Below are positions 52,600 to 64,000 of a stretch of DNA of 64,000 bases, one piece after another. The notes under the pieces were generated by a model. The model worked only from the letters and a program-made list of their open reading frames with translations, ran no database searches and had not been told where the DNA came from. This stretch comes from Parasitella parasitica NRRL 2501 (taxonomy: Eukaryota > Fungi > Mucoromycota). A program made the translations under genes and the position numbers. Positions within the stretch are counted from its first letter, which is position 1. Each line of letters begins with the position of its first letter. The stretch lies in the NCBI GenBank assembly GCA_025201805.1, contig MU619257.1, positions 258,780 to 322,779 of the forward strand, read 5' to 3'.

Positions 52600-54900
52600 A
52601 TATCGATCCATAAGCGTATATCATTTCTTGTATAGTCTTATCCATTCTACATTAATAGTACATGTCTGAGTGTATATCACTTGGCATTCATCTTAGCATA
52701 TATCGGTATATTTAGCATGTCTATAGCATGTCATAATCATATCTATAGCATTGCACATATTGTACAAGTCTGTAGTACATAATGTATCTGTAGCTAGTAT
52801 CATGGATATAAGTATATGTCTTCTAGTGCGTATCTAGAAACTGGGAATACGCATCTGAAGCATAAATCTTATATAGCATAAGCCCGTAGCATATACTAAA
52901 TCTAGTAAATGTCTAAGGCTCGTGTCGAAATATAAGTATCAGTCTATAGCGTCATCCATCCTAATGGTGCCATCTCTAGCTTATATCTTATATAGTATAA
53001 ATCTGTATTGCACATCTTATTATCTGTGCGCCTATGTAGTCTATATCAATTTAAGGTAACTGAATGAATCTAGAAGTGGAATGCAGATCATCATAGTGAA
53101 TGTATTTCGCAATTGCTGCCGATTGTTGTACCGTATCCATATAAAAGCTACATATGTCATATCTAACTTAGCCATAATGCACGGATCATGATATTAATTG
53201 TTGGTAATTCTTTTACAAATAAAGAATAAGCTACAAGTTGTAATTGGACCTCTTGCAAGGTCCCAGGCTTATTCAAAGAATACATCTAGATCGGATCGCT
53301 GGATGTCGGGAAGACATCCTACCCAATCTTCTCTTTAATGTAAAATAGAAAGATAGGTCTGTCCTGGAAATACTGTGATTTAATAAGGTTTAACACTTCT
53401 TGTCAAGCATCAGATGTTATGGGGATAAAAATTGATTGGGACATATTTTAGTATAAATAGAGATCATATCTTATGTCAATAAAAGTCTTTAGTTTTGTAT
53501 ATGGTTTTATTCAGAAAAGCCTTTATTACTTTATACAAATCATATTTACATAACATTACGCTGCGCCCTTTGACACTGGCACAACAGGACTGATGGGAGG
53601 ACAGGATGTAAGTGTGAGACATGGTATGATTTAGAGATTGGAACGATAGGTTATATTAATAACATGGCAAGGTCTGAGATCAGGATCTCAGATCAGTCCC
53701 AGGGTCTTACAGTAAATCATGAATAGTCATGATTTACATTATGCACTTAGAGAGTAGAACCCTAGTGTAATGAATGTGTATATAATACATCGAGAGATGT
53801 ATTATGAATAAAAGTGTAATTCTTTGGCAGATTTACTTTATCAGACTTTTGACATAACACGATAGATTGTATCTATTGTCCATGAACAGGCCATTTTGAG
53901 TTATAAATAAGGAACATGATCCCTTGGGATATGTTCCTGAATTGTGTTCAGGATTGAGTTTACTTGAGTTTGACTTTCGGTTGGGAAATTGCCACATCAG
54001 AATTGTCAGATCAGAAACGTGTAGCCCTTGTTGTATAACCTTACATCGTACTCGTTAAGTAGATTGTTAATGGGAATTAGTCTTGTCAATTAGTAATCTA
54101 GATGAGTCACTATAAATTTATGTAGTTGTAAAAAGTATAATTATAGCAAACGAAATTTCGATCTTAAATAAAGTATCATAAATATTCCGTATCTCGTTAA
54201 TCTCTGGTTTATAAACGGTCTTCAATAGATCATGTAAGCAAGGTGCCATATTTAGCAAAAGGTAAATAAAATAGCCAGGAAGGCAAATTTGGCCGATAAC
54301 TTTGTTGATACAAGCTATATCTGAATTTTGACTTGGCTCCCTTAATTTCCCTTGAATAAGACATATATGTCTCTACGGAATCGATATCAGATATTATATC
54401 TAATGCCGAAAGAAGTCCCTCTTCCTTGGCATCTCATTAAAGAGATGTTTTAAAGTATTGTAGGTTTTTGTCATAGCGTAGTCTATCTCATTCAGAAGTC
54501 GAGAAAGTGAGGTAGAGGTTGCAAGTTGTATATATAGTATAAACTAGATCGATTAATAGTTTCTTTTACTTATTATATCAAAACAGAGCATTAGAAATCT
54601 TATAGGTATTCCTTTTATGTCAAAATAAGTCAGTAAAATGATTCTGCCAAAGAGTTACAATCTTTTAGAAATACATCTTTTGAATGTGTTCATATCAACT
54701 AACAATATGTGATAACGTCATAATGTACGACTGTAACAAAGGTTTACTTATAGAGCATGCGGTGTAAATTCCTGATTACCCACACACATTGGCTTTAGCC
54801 CCTTGATCTGGCTACAAGCCGTATAGCATGTTATTATAATACAACAATTCCATCGCTGAAATAACATATACCAACTTAGCTATTTGACATGACACATTAT
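52600..54900. mobile_element. Cluster of degenerate solo-LTR-like elements
   Basis: 53415-53555 has TGTTATG...CATAACA ends with an internal TATAAATA and AATAAA. ~53035-53236 runs TGTAG...CTACA with TATAAAA and AATAAA. ~53780-53859 matches the reverse complement of ~54617-54690 (TCTTTGGCAGA...TTTTGACATA). No ORFs. Confidence 0.5.
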
Positions 54901-55788
54901 TAAAGAACAGCAACGCAGTCGATTTTGTCTAAGCCTTGACTCTGAAGTGAACTAGACTAGATTCCCATCATAAAATATTGTCACTATTTCGATAATAGTA
55001 GTTATGACTACAAAGATAAGCAAATAGCAGGGATAGGAATTGACATATGTCAAAATAGCATTGTGCCACAGACTAAGCCTGAAAAGAAATAAACCATCAA
55101 AGAAATAAAGCTTTCTAATCGCATGAATGAAAACATGTTCAAAATGCCGTCCTTGATCAATCGTTGGATCAACAACATCAATAAACAACCCAACAATACT
55201 CACACTCACGTACGGTTAGGATAGCTACGATAGAATTTTTCTATTGTCTTGATGAATGACCGTCCCTATTCAATACAAGAAGTAAGATAGTATCCTACCA
55301 AGCCAGAACGGCCGATTAGAAACCATAACACAACACAAAGAATTACGGAACAGCTAAGAAATAAAGATAAAATTGTCTGCTAGTAAGACGACACCCAAAT
55401 AATATAAATAGAGATGTAGAATGACAGCTTACTGCACACTCAATCCACTTTCAAAATAAAGAAGGATTTTAATCGCATCTCGCTTTTTTATACTTTTTTG
55501 CTGCGTTTCGCTGCAGATTCGATTACTACAAGGAAAATTCGAATTAAGCCAAATTTATTCACAAAAAGTGTCATATTTGTAATAATATTTTTATTTCGAG
55601 ATAATTTAAATTGGAAATTGTTATAACAAGAACTCGTTTCTTATAACAAACTTTATATTCAAATTAGATCAAATTTTCAGATGTGTCATGGGTAAAATAG
55701 GATGTTTTCGGTTTGACCAAATGATACAATTGAGGGTTCAAATTTATACAACAAGCTAAAATTTACAAAATGATTCATAGCTATGTTG

Positions 55789-55975
55789 ATAAATCTATCC
55801 AGTTACCCCTTCTAGGTATGTAATCATTATCAACTTACAATGGCACCAACCTTTTTCATATATCTTAAATTTCCTTGATTTTTTAAAATAGAACAAATAC
55901 TGTTAACGTTATCTTGTGTTATTGCTACTGTAAGTTGATAATGATTACGGGAAGGGGTAACTAGATAGGTTTTAT
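55789..55975. mobile_element. MITE-like element with ~55-65 bp imperfect terminal inverted repeats
   Basis: Left arm CTATCCAGTTACCCCTTC...GTAATCATTATCAACTTACA; right arm TGTAAGTTGATAATGATTAC..GAAGGGGTAACTAGATAG. Confidence 0.7.
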
Positions 55976-56062
55976 TAAATTAGTAGACAGGTAGTTTAGA
56001 TGCATTTAAAAATTCTGTTTATTTTGAAAGCAAAGCAAAAAGTATAGGCTATATACAAAACT

Positions 56063-57982
56063 TTATGAATCAGACATTTCTATATCAGAAGTTTCTTCGT
56101 ATACTTCTTCAATATCGCTATCTTTCCCATCATTTATTTCATTTTCTGGGCTTCCTACTTCTGCAGCATCATAGAAAAAATCGTCTTGATCGGACCCTTC
56201 TTGGTCGCTGACTTCAGCAACTTGCTCCTCAAACTTATATGTGCCATCCTTTTCTCTTTTATCTTCATTTTCATCCTTATTCTCATCCTGGTCATAATCC
56301 TCATCCCCATCTTCTTCTTCATCCTCGTCCTCGTCCTCGTCCTCGCCCTCGTCCTCATCCTCATCCTCATCCTCATCCACATCCTCATCCACATCCTCTT
56401 CTTCATCCTCGTCCTCATCATCTTTGAACCTTAAATTTTCTTCAGCACTAACATCACTGCCTCTTTCATATTGACTCCAGCCATCATCATCGTCGCTATC
56501 ATCAAACAACCGTACAAATCCACTCTGTTCCTCTTTCTCTCTCGCTTGTTCCTTGGCTTCTTGTATTAATGCAGGACGAGTCCACACCTTGGCAGCAGTA
56601 GCTTCTTCAACCGCCTTTCTCTTTTCTGCCCTGGCTAGTTTTTGAGCATGGAAATATTGAGGGCTCACCCAACTACCTAAACGAACAATACCCGCTGCCT
56701 GCTTTTCTTGTCTATTATTGGCAGTTCGTCGAGCAACATGAGGTAGTCTACAATTAGCATTGGAGCATTTCCCAGTTTCAGCAAATTCAGGGCACACGTG
56801 AATATGTTTTTCATCACATCTCAAACCCTTTGGACAATAGCCTTCCATAGCAAATGCTCTACATACAGGCGCATCTTTACTGACAAGAACATGGGTATAC
56901 ATACATGGATCATTCGTACAGTGCCCCTTTTGAAAATGAACGCAGTGTGGCATGATATGTGAATTAGGTGTATGAGATAATCGGCATTCAGATGGTGCTT
57001 TTTTACAGCGGTTTTGTAAAAAGCGGGGGCAAATAGCTCTTCTATTGGTATCATGAACAAAGGGGCAGCGAGTCCCGTTGGGGCATTTGCCATATCGTGT
57101 GAAGAATCCGCAATGCCGAGGTTTCTTTATGGAACGTCTATGGGTGCTCAAAACAAGAGATTTACCAGATCGACCTTGACGGACATATCCCTCGGGACCT
57201 CGAATAAAAACCATGTTTCCTTTCTGACGGGGATGGCGAGTATTAGCGTTTTTAGACGAAAGTTTGATAGTCGGTGCTTTGCCAATAACCATATTTTTGT
57301 TCTTATCTCTTCTTTTTAAACTAAATTACGAAAGAAATTAATCAAAAAGGCAATATAAAGTGTGATATATACGCTACCTTTTGACAGATTTTCTTATTAA
57401 TACTTTAGGTACAGTTGAATTAGCCATGATGAGATTAGTTTTAGTCATATTTGAGTCAAACAAGTCTTTCCTGATCAGCTTCTTTCCTTTCACCACAAAA
57501 TCCACACCATCGATAGCAACTTGCTTTCTACCGGTTGCAGTATCAATTGACTTGACCATTGTATTAGTGGTAGTTGTATTAGCTCCTTTGTGATTTATGA
57601 TTAACTTTTTGTTATGACTCTTTGGAACAGTTCCAGACAAGGTTGAGGGTTGATTATTCACTGCCAAAGAATGATTCTGCGCAATCTTCATAGTTGGGCT
57701 AAGGTAATTTGTTGCTGAAGATCTTTCAGTAGCAGACTTGATGAACTTGTTGTTTGTATTGACAGAGTAATAAGGCATGGCTGTTTTTCTAGATGCAGCA
57801 CTAGAAAGAGACATATTACCACCTCGGCCACGATAAGACCCAAAGTTTGGTCTACCTCGAGATAAAGGAGGCGAGGTATAACCATGTCTATTCCTTTGCG
57901 GATTACTCGAAATACTTTTATGTTGTTGGATAGCAGTGCTAAGTTTAGCAATGCGTTCTATCATCTCTTGGTCAGTAGCCAT
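56063..57982 (-). CDS. ZC3H3/Red5-like CCCH zinc-finger protein (MTREC/PAXT nuclear RNA surveillance)
   Basis: N-terminal MATDQEMIERIAKLSTAIQQHK helix, five tandem CCCH fingers, acidic D/E tail; intron 57321-57377. Confidence 0.85.
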
Positions 57983-59535
57983 CCTATTTTATAATGTGTA
58001 TAGAAAAAAAAAATTCAAGACATCTTTAATGGCATAAGTAGTTTTAAATTACCAGGTCACAGCATATTGATTCACTCAAATTCATCATTTGATATCTAGA
58101 TAGAATGGTATATGGTTTGTCTGCCTTAATCTTTTAAAGATGGCGCAATGAAAAGATGAAGTAAGGTTTTTTACAGTTAATTTACTCAATTCAGCTCAAC
58201 TAAAATGAAAGACATCAAATCATGAAACTCACGTAGTCTTAATAAAAAGACGCTGAAAGATTTTGATTGCATATAAGTAAAGGGAAAAAAGATGTAGTAA
58301 GGTTGATTTATGCATAACAATATGACTACTTGATTGTCAAATTACCCAGTGGTGGAATACACCTAGAATTGTGCAACAAACCGTAAATGTGCACTTGCTT
58401 TTTTGTAAAGTATATTTCAATCATTTTACTCCATTCTGGAAAACATACTTCCCTTCAGTTCACATTTTTGGAATAAATTTTATCTAAAATGCATACTATT
58501 AGATGCAAAATTGAATACTTTACAAACTTATAATACATTCTGTGCTAATTTTTTCTTAAAAATATTCATAAAAGAGTCTCTCTAAATCAAATCTGGCAGA
58601 AAGAAAAAGTCAAGAGATCGAATTTACACTAGTACCGTATCAGCAGTAATGGACATCTTACTGCCTCACATAGAGAACTCGGTGGAATAATAGATTAAAA
58701 TAAAATAAGGGAATATCAAAACTAGTACGGTGAAACGTTTGGAAGAGCCTTTAAAGTGTCTTCAACCATCGATCATAGCTGAATGAAGAAGTAAATTATA
58801 GCACCAAATGCTCGTTTTTTAACAAATTATGGGCTATTAGCTTCCAATATGATTTATTTTTCTACCGTATAAGTTGCACATTAAATAAATGAAAAAGAAT
58901 TCAGTTATATACATTATTTCCAAATTTCTTGATTGTCATCACTTTATTCAATGATAATTAGGCACTAGATTCTTAGCTACCCGCATTGTAACACACCTCT
59001 CATTTAAAAAATGAGAACAACTGTATAAACAGCTGTTATTAATACCTGCGTAGACGCCCTTATTAAATGCCATGGCAAAAAGTATAAAATCAAGTAGATT
59101 CATTGTCAAAATCTGTATAATATTGTGGCCAAGTACGCCTTTTAATTTTCAGATAATTAGTTCTGTTGACAATATAGCAATTAATAGAACATACCTCAGT
59201 AAATGTATCTAACTAGCTTTATTGATTTGGCATAATTTCAGTCCTATCCTTGGCTGATAAGACCGGACACAATCTATATATATCTATGTTGATTTGATAA
59301 TTAAATCAAATCCAGTATACTCGGAAGTTTGAAATCTTTCTATAATATCGGTTATCTACTTTTACTCATATTTGTTATAATAAAACAGCTGTATCGACCA
59401 CTTGATTGAAATTTGTAGACGCTGGAAGTAGTGCAACCCAATTCAATCCCAGTATGGTTAACTAGTTCTATGTACAGGTTCATTCTTTGATTGAACCTTT
59501 CTTATAAAAATCGCTTTACTTGTTTAATAATCAAT

Positions 59536-61180
59536 ATGGCACTTGAAACAGATATGAATGAGAAGTCCATCGATACGGCACTGAATGCGGAAACAAAAGC
59601 ACAAAACTTAATAGCGAACAGCAGCTCTGCCGAGACAGCGCTAGGAGTAGGCAAACCGGCGCCAGAGCCGGCAGGTTCAGAACATGAAAAGAAATATGAA
59701 CAAGAGCAATCAACTTGTTTGATTGAGGATGTGCCTGTTATAGTTATTCAATGCGACAAGGATGAATATCTGGTCAAAACAATTGATTGGAAAAACAAAA
59801 AAGTATGCATTATTACACAAAATGGTAGAGTACACGCAATCATCCTGTGGTGCATGTTATAATTATTGAAATAGAAAATGGACCATGTCCTTTGGTTGCC
59901 ATTTGCAATGTGCTATTTTTACGTGGAGATTTAGAAATAAGACCGCCTGACAGAGAATTTGTTACGTTCGAATACCTAGTGGATAGACTGGGCGATTACC
60001 TGTTGACTCATGCACCCACGGACGAGCCTATGGTAACTATGCGTGTATATGTGTATTAGCAACTTTTTTTCATCATCACATGTTTAAACGCAACCACAGG
60101 CTGCTACAGATACCACTACCAAAACTGAAAAATTGCCTCAAGCACCTAAGCGACAGGACACATCTGAATTCGTACTAACATACAGACATAATCTAGATAC
60201 AGCTTTGTCTATTTTACCCAATTTGAAGAGTGGCCTTGATGTAAACGTCAAGTTTGATAATATCCATGGCTTTGAACCAACAGCCGAGTTAGCCATGTTT
60301 GATTTATTCAATGTCAATCTAGTTCATGGTTGGGTTGCAGATCCTCAAGATGTGCAAACATACGATGTGATTGTCAACAAGTGTGGTACATACAATCATG
60401 TAGTCGAATTGATTGTACAAGCTGATGAATTGAGCACCTCTCAGAGCAATAAAGGTGGGCTTGTGACCGAATCTCTCACAACTGCTCAAGAGGAAAAACT
60501 GCATGAAGGTAATGTGCTTATTACTGCTCTTTGGTTACACAAACCAACATAATACTTGATCTGTTATAGGCTTTGTAGCAAATGAATTCTTGAAAGACAC
60601 GGCCACTCAGTTGACTTATTTTGGGCTTGATTTGCTATTGGAATCGATACCGACTGATACACTATGCGTGCTATTTAGAAACAATCATGTAAATGCCCAT
60701 TCAAAAAAGAATATAGACGTGCACTATTAACATTGTGCACAATACCAGTTTTCGACTGTTTACAGACATCCAACACTCGGTCTATACATGCTGGTAACTG
60801 ACTCTGGTCTAGTGTCGGAACGCTCTGTCATTTGGGAGAGTCTGGCTGATGTTGATCAAGGTTCATCGGAATTTCGCAGCAGTTCATTTTCCAAGCCGAA
60901 TATTCAGGAGAGCAAGAATAGCAGCAATCATGTTGTAGCAGATGTCAATGCAGATCTCGAGTAAGTTATAGTATCTTCAATTTCTAAACATCAAGAGGAA
61001 TTAATATTACTTGACAGTTATGCCATTGCCGTATCCTTACAAGATGAGCAGAAGAGGCAGTATCGACAAAGCTTGATTGAGCAGCAGCAACAGCAGCAAC
61101 AGCAGCAACACATTACACAGAATCCACCTTCCAGCTCATCAGACAAGCCAAAAAAGAATAACAATTGTACCGTTTCCTGA
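59536..61180 (+). CDS. MINDY-1/2 family K48 deubiquitinase
   Basis: ITQNENGPCPLVAICNVL (catalytic Cys), GLDVNVKF, LVHGWVADP, TQLTYFGL, VLFRNNHFST (catalytic His), LVTDSG, WESL, MIU-like DLDYAIAVSLQ; ends KKNNNCTVS*. Confidence 0.92.
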
Positions 61181-61463
61181 TAAGACAAAAAACTAGCAAC
61201 CTGGTTTTCCAGAGAGCAACGAAAGACTACATATATTAGATTGAGAAATTTTCTTGGTATTTGCTTGCTTTCGTCAAATAAAGATCTGCTGTATACCAAT
61301 ATGTTTTTTCCTAATTCTGCCGTGTGGTTAACGTTCTACAAGGAATAAAACTCCTACACTCCCTCCCCTCCTTCTTGGAGAAGCAAACAGTAAACGTGAG
61401 GAATCCTCCCTTTATCAAAGACCTTTCAAGACTTCCCCTATTTAAATGCAAAANNNNNNNNNN

Positions 61464-61498
<35 letters not shown>

Positions 61499-61993
61499 TA
61501 AGGATCTTGGGATGCCCTGATTTTTCATCGTAATGCGAATTTAATGAACCACGCCGATCCAATAGTGCAAAATTTATTCAAATTGTTGGACACCATGGAA
61601 ACTGCTCTTGGTGAATTGGGTTTATTTGACCTATTTATGGTAATTTTATTATACAGTGCGATCGGGAAAACTGAATGCATTCATTGATCGTGACAGGATT
61701 AAGATATAAAGCGTGCTTGGATCTCTAATTCTTTTACTTCTTCTTCCTCTTTCTGTAACGTTTCTTTATTTGATTTTTAAATCTCGCATGAAAAATTAAA
61801 AACCTTGCACAAACAAATGTACCTCTACCACCAAGCCTGAAAATTTAAAATACCTTCAAACGTACCCATATTTCCATCGATCGAACCAAAATCTTTATAC
61901 ATCCCAATAACCATCTACCATCACCACTAACAGAGAAGCATTGCATTTATATACATTCAGTAACATCTCACCAATTGAAGTGTCTTACAAAAT

Positions 61994-63475
61994 ATGACAT
62001 CAGGAGGTACATATACAAATATTTGCTCGCATTTAGTGTTATGAAATGTTGATCCGTCCAACTTAGACACACAAGACCTCAACTACCAGCAAAACAACAA
62101 TAGTGAAAACGAAGGGACAACAGTGCGAACTCAAGCAGCATTTGTTAATAAACTATACAAGTAACAAAATAAACACATATAGCCTCCACACACACAGACT
62201 AAATCACTCTTCCAAACAAATAGGATGTTGGAGGATCTGAGTATTCAGCACCTTATTTCCTGGTCAGAGAGAGGAGACCTGTTCAGTGTATCGAATCCAA
62301 CAGCTTTTTCGAAAACTGTGCTTCCTCAGTACTTTAAACATAACAATTGGCAAAGCTTTGTTCGACAATTAAACAGTAAGGCGGTATTCTCTGTTTGTGC
62401 CTGCATTGGATCGAATGACTATATTATTTTGAAATAACATACGTTTGAATAGTGTATGGATTTCACAAGGTAAATGACATGATTCATTCAAACTTGACAT
62501 CAGACAATCAAACATGGGAATTCAAGCATCCTCATTTCAGACGAGGTGCAGTGGAAGATTTACAAAATGTCAAACGCAAAAGCACAAAGCCCAACTTCTC
62601 TAATCTGCCAGCACAAACGCCCAACAACACACGAGGTCAATCGGAAAACGATGATGATATTTATGGCCCAATGTACAAACACATTCTACACATAGAAGAT
62701 CGACTTCATCATGTATCTCGATCGCATGAAATACTCAAGAACGAGACAAATTTTCTCCGCGGACTACTGAGCCAACAGCAGCAAACAATTGGCACTTTCG
62801 CCGCTCTATTAAACGAGGTTCTTGATACAGAAGGTACTAGACGTGTTGGTTCATATGTATGATTATTAAACACTATCGAAAACTAGCAAACCTTGACATC
62901 AGCAAAGACAAACGAGGTAATATCTGCGATGAAGAACATTTGTAGTATATAATCTCATTGTCCTTGCATAGTTTCCATGCTTTCTAAAATATCAGAATTA
63001 CAAAACAACATGATTTCTCCTACATTTCAGTATCCACATCATTATCAGCAACTACAACAGCAGCAGCATTCTGATCAAACAGATCCACCACAACAAGTGT
63101 ATCCAAATGACATTCCTCCAGCTGGAAACAGAACATTTGAACAGTTCCTACATACTCAACAATTTCAGATGCATTCGAGATCTTCATACTCGTCTCAATC
63201 GCCATCATTGTCTCCCAGCAGCGGTAAGCTTCTCATATCTCGGCCAACTTTTCTTGCTAATGAAAAAATAAAAAAAAGTCTCTACAAATCGAAGATTAGG
63301 ATTTGGGAAAGAATCCCATTTATTGAATCCAGAACCTTCTGATAACATTCCAACTAGCCAAGACGTGGAAGCTTCAGGTAAACAAGTTATGACAACACTA
63401 GATGATGCGCTGATCCCCTTTAAACTAGAGCGAGACGAAAAAAGCTATCTAAAAAAAAAGCTAAGAACTGAATAA
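61994..63475 (+). CDS. HSF-type DNA-binding transcription factor
   Basis: [55 protein letters not shown], then a coiled coil and a Q-rich region; multi-intron. Confidence 0.9.
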
Positions 63476-64000
63476 GCAAAAAACCGACTGCACTCGATTT
63501 CAAGCTGTATTATGACACGATTTTTCACTGACATTTCTAACATTTACGTATACTTTTACATTTCTCCATTTATATGCATATGCTTTCTTCTTGTTTTGCT
63601 CCCCCTCCCCACTTTTCTCTCTCTTGATCGAAAATAGCTACGCATTTTCTTTATCTATGTTCTTCTTTATGCACAATTCTATAATCATATAATAAAAGGT
63701 TGTTTTATGACAGAATAAAGCTCCAAGTTATCGAGGAAACTATGTATTAGCACGCTTTTATCACTGCAAATCATCGTAGAGACATGCAAAAATGCCTCCT
63801 TCTCCTTTCGATAAAGATGGGTCATTATGAAATTTTATCGATTGCTACCGGAATGTTCAAAGTACGCGAAAATTTGGGCATGCACAAATATCAGCGCCTC
63901 CTTCTTTCTTTCTGAATACGGGCCTTTGGCATATTCTGGGTTTCTCGTTTTTGGATGAAAGACCCAATTATTCGGAACTTGCTAAAATGTCACCTAGTAA

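Overview
Eukaryotic, AT-rich DNA with many 50-70 nt GT-AG introns. The gene set and transposon remnants fit a mucoralean (Mucoromycota) fungus; this is inferred, not proven. The window holds about 18 protein-coding genes: a Cys-rich type I membrane protein, KGD1, an orphan 37-aa-repeat protein, DIM1, an Abitram/FAM206A homologue, an IRG/IIGP-like GTPase, an orphan, a PA-TM-RING E3 ligase, a CaMKK-family kinase, a 7TM-like protein, PRE1, an acyl-protein thioesterase, RIC8, a coiled-coil protein, a CCCH+PUF protein, a CTL transporter, ZC3H3/Red5, a MINDY deubiquitinase and an HSF-domain factor. It also contains tRNA-Arg(ACG), a CsbD-like pseudogene and remnants of piggyBac-like, LINE, DIRS-like, LTR and MITE elements, including a ~1.2 kb repeat present twice in inverted orientation. 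The strongest novel signal is an ORF-poor, highly foldable ~1 kb minus-strand segment (~31.23-32.30 kb) divergent from PRE1. It has the architecture of a telomerase RNA: a 12-nt AACCCUAACCCU template just 3' of a 19-bp core-enclosing helix, a U-rich/A-rich pseudoknot candidate, and a separate domain with a P6/P6.1-like element. The second highlight is an immunity-related-GTPase-like protein with a predicted N-myristoylation motif. All structures were paired by eye; no folding or database search was run.
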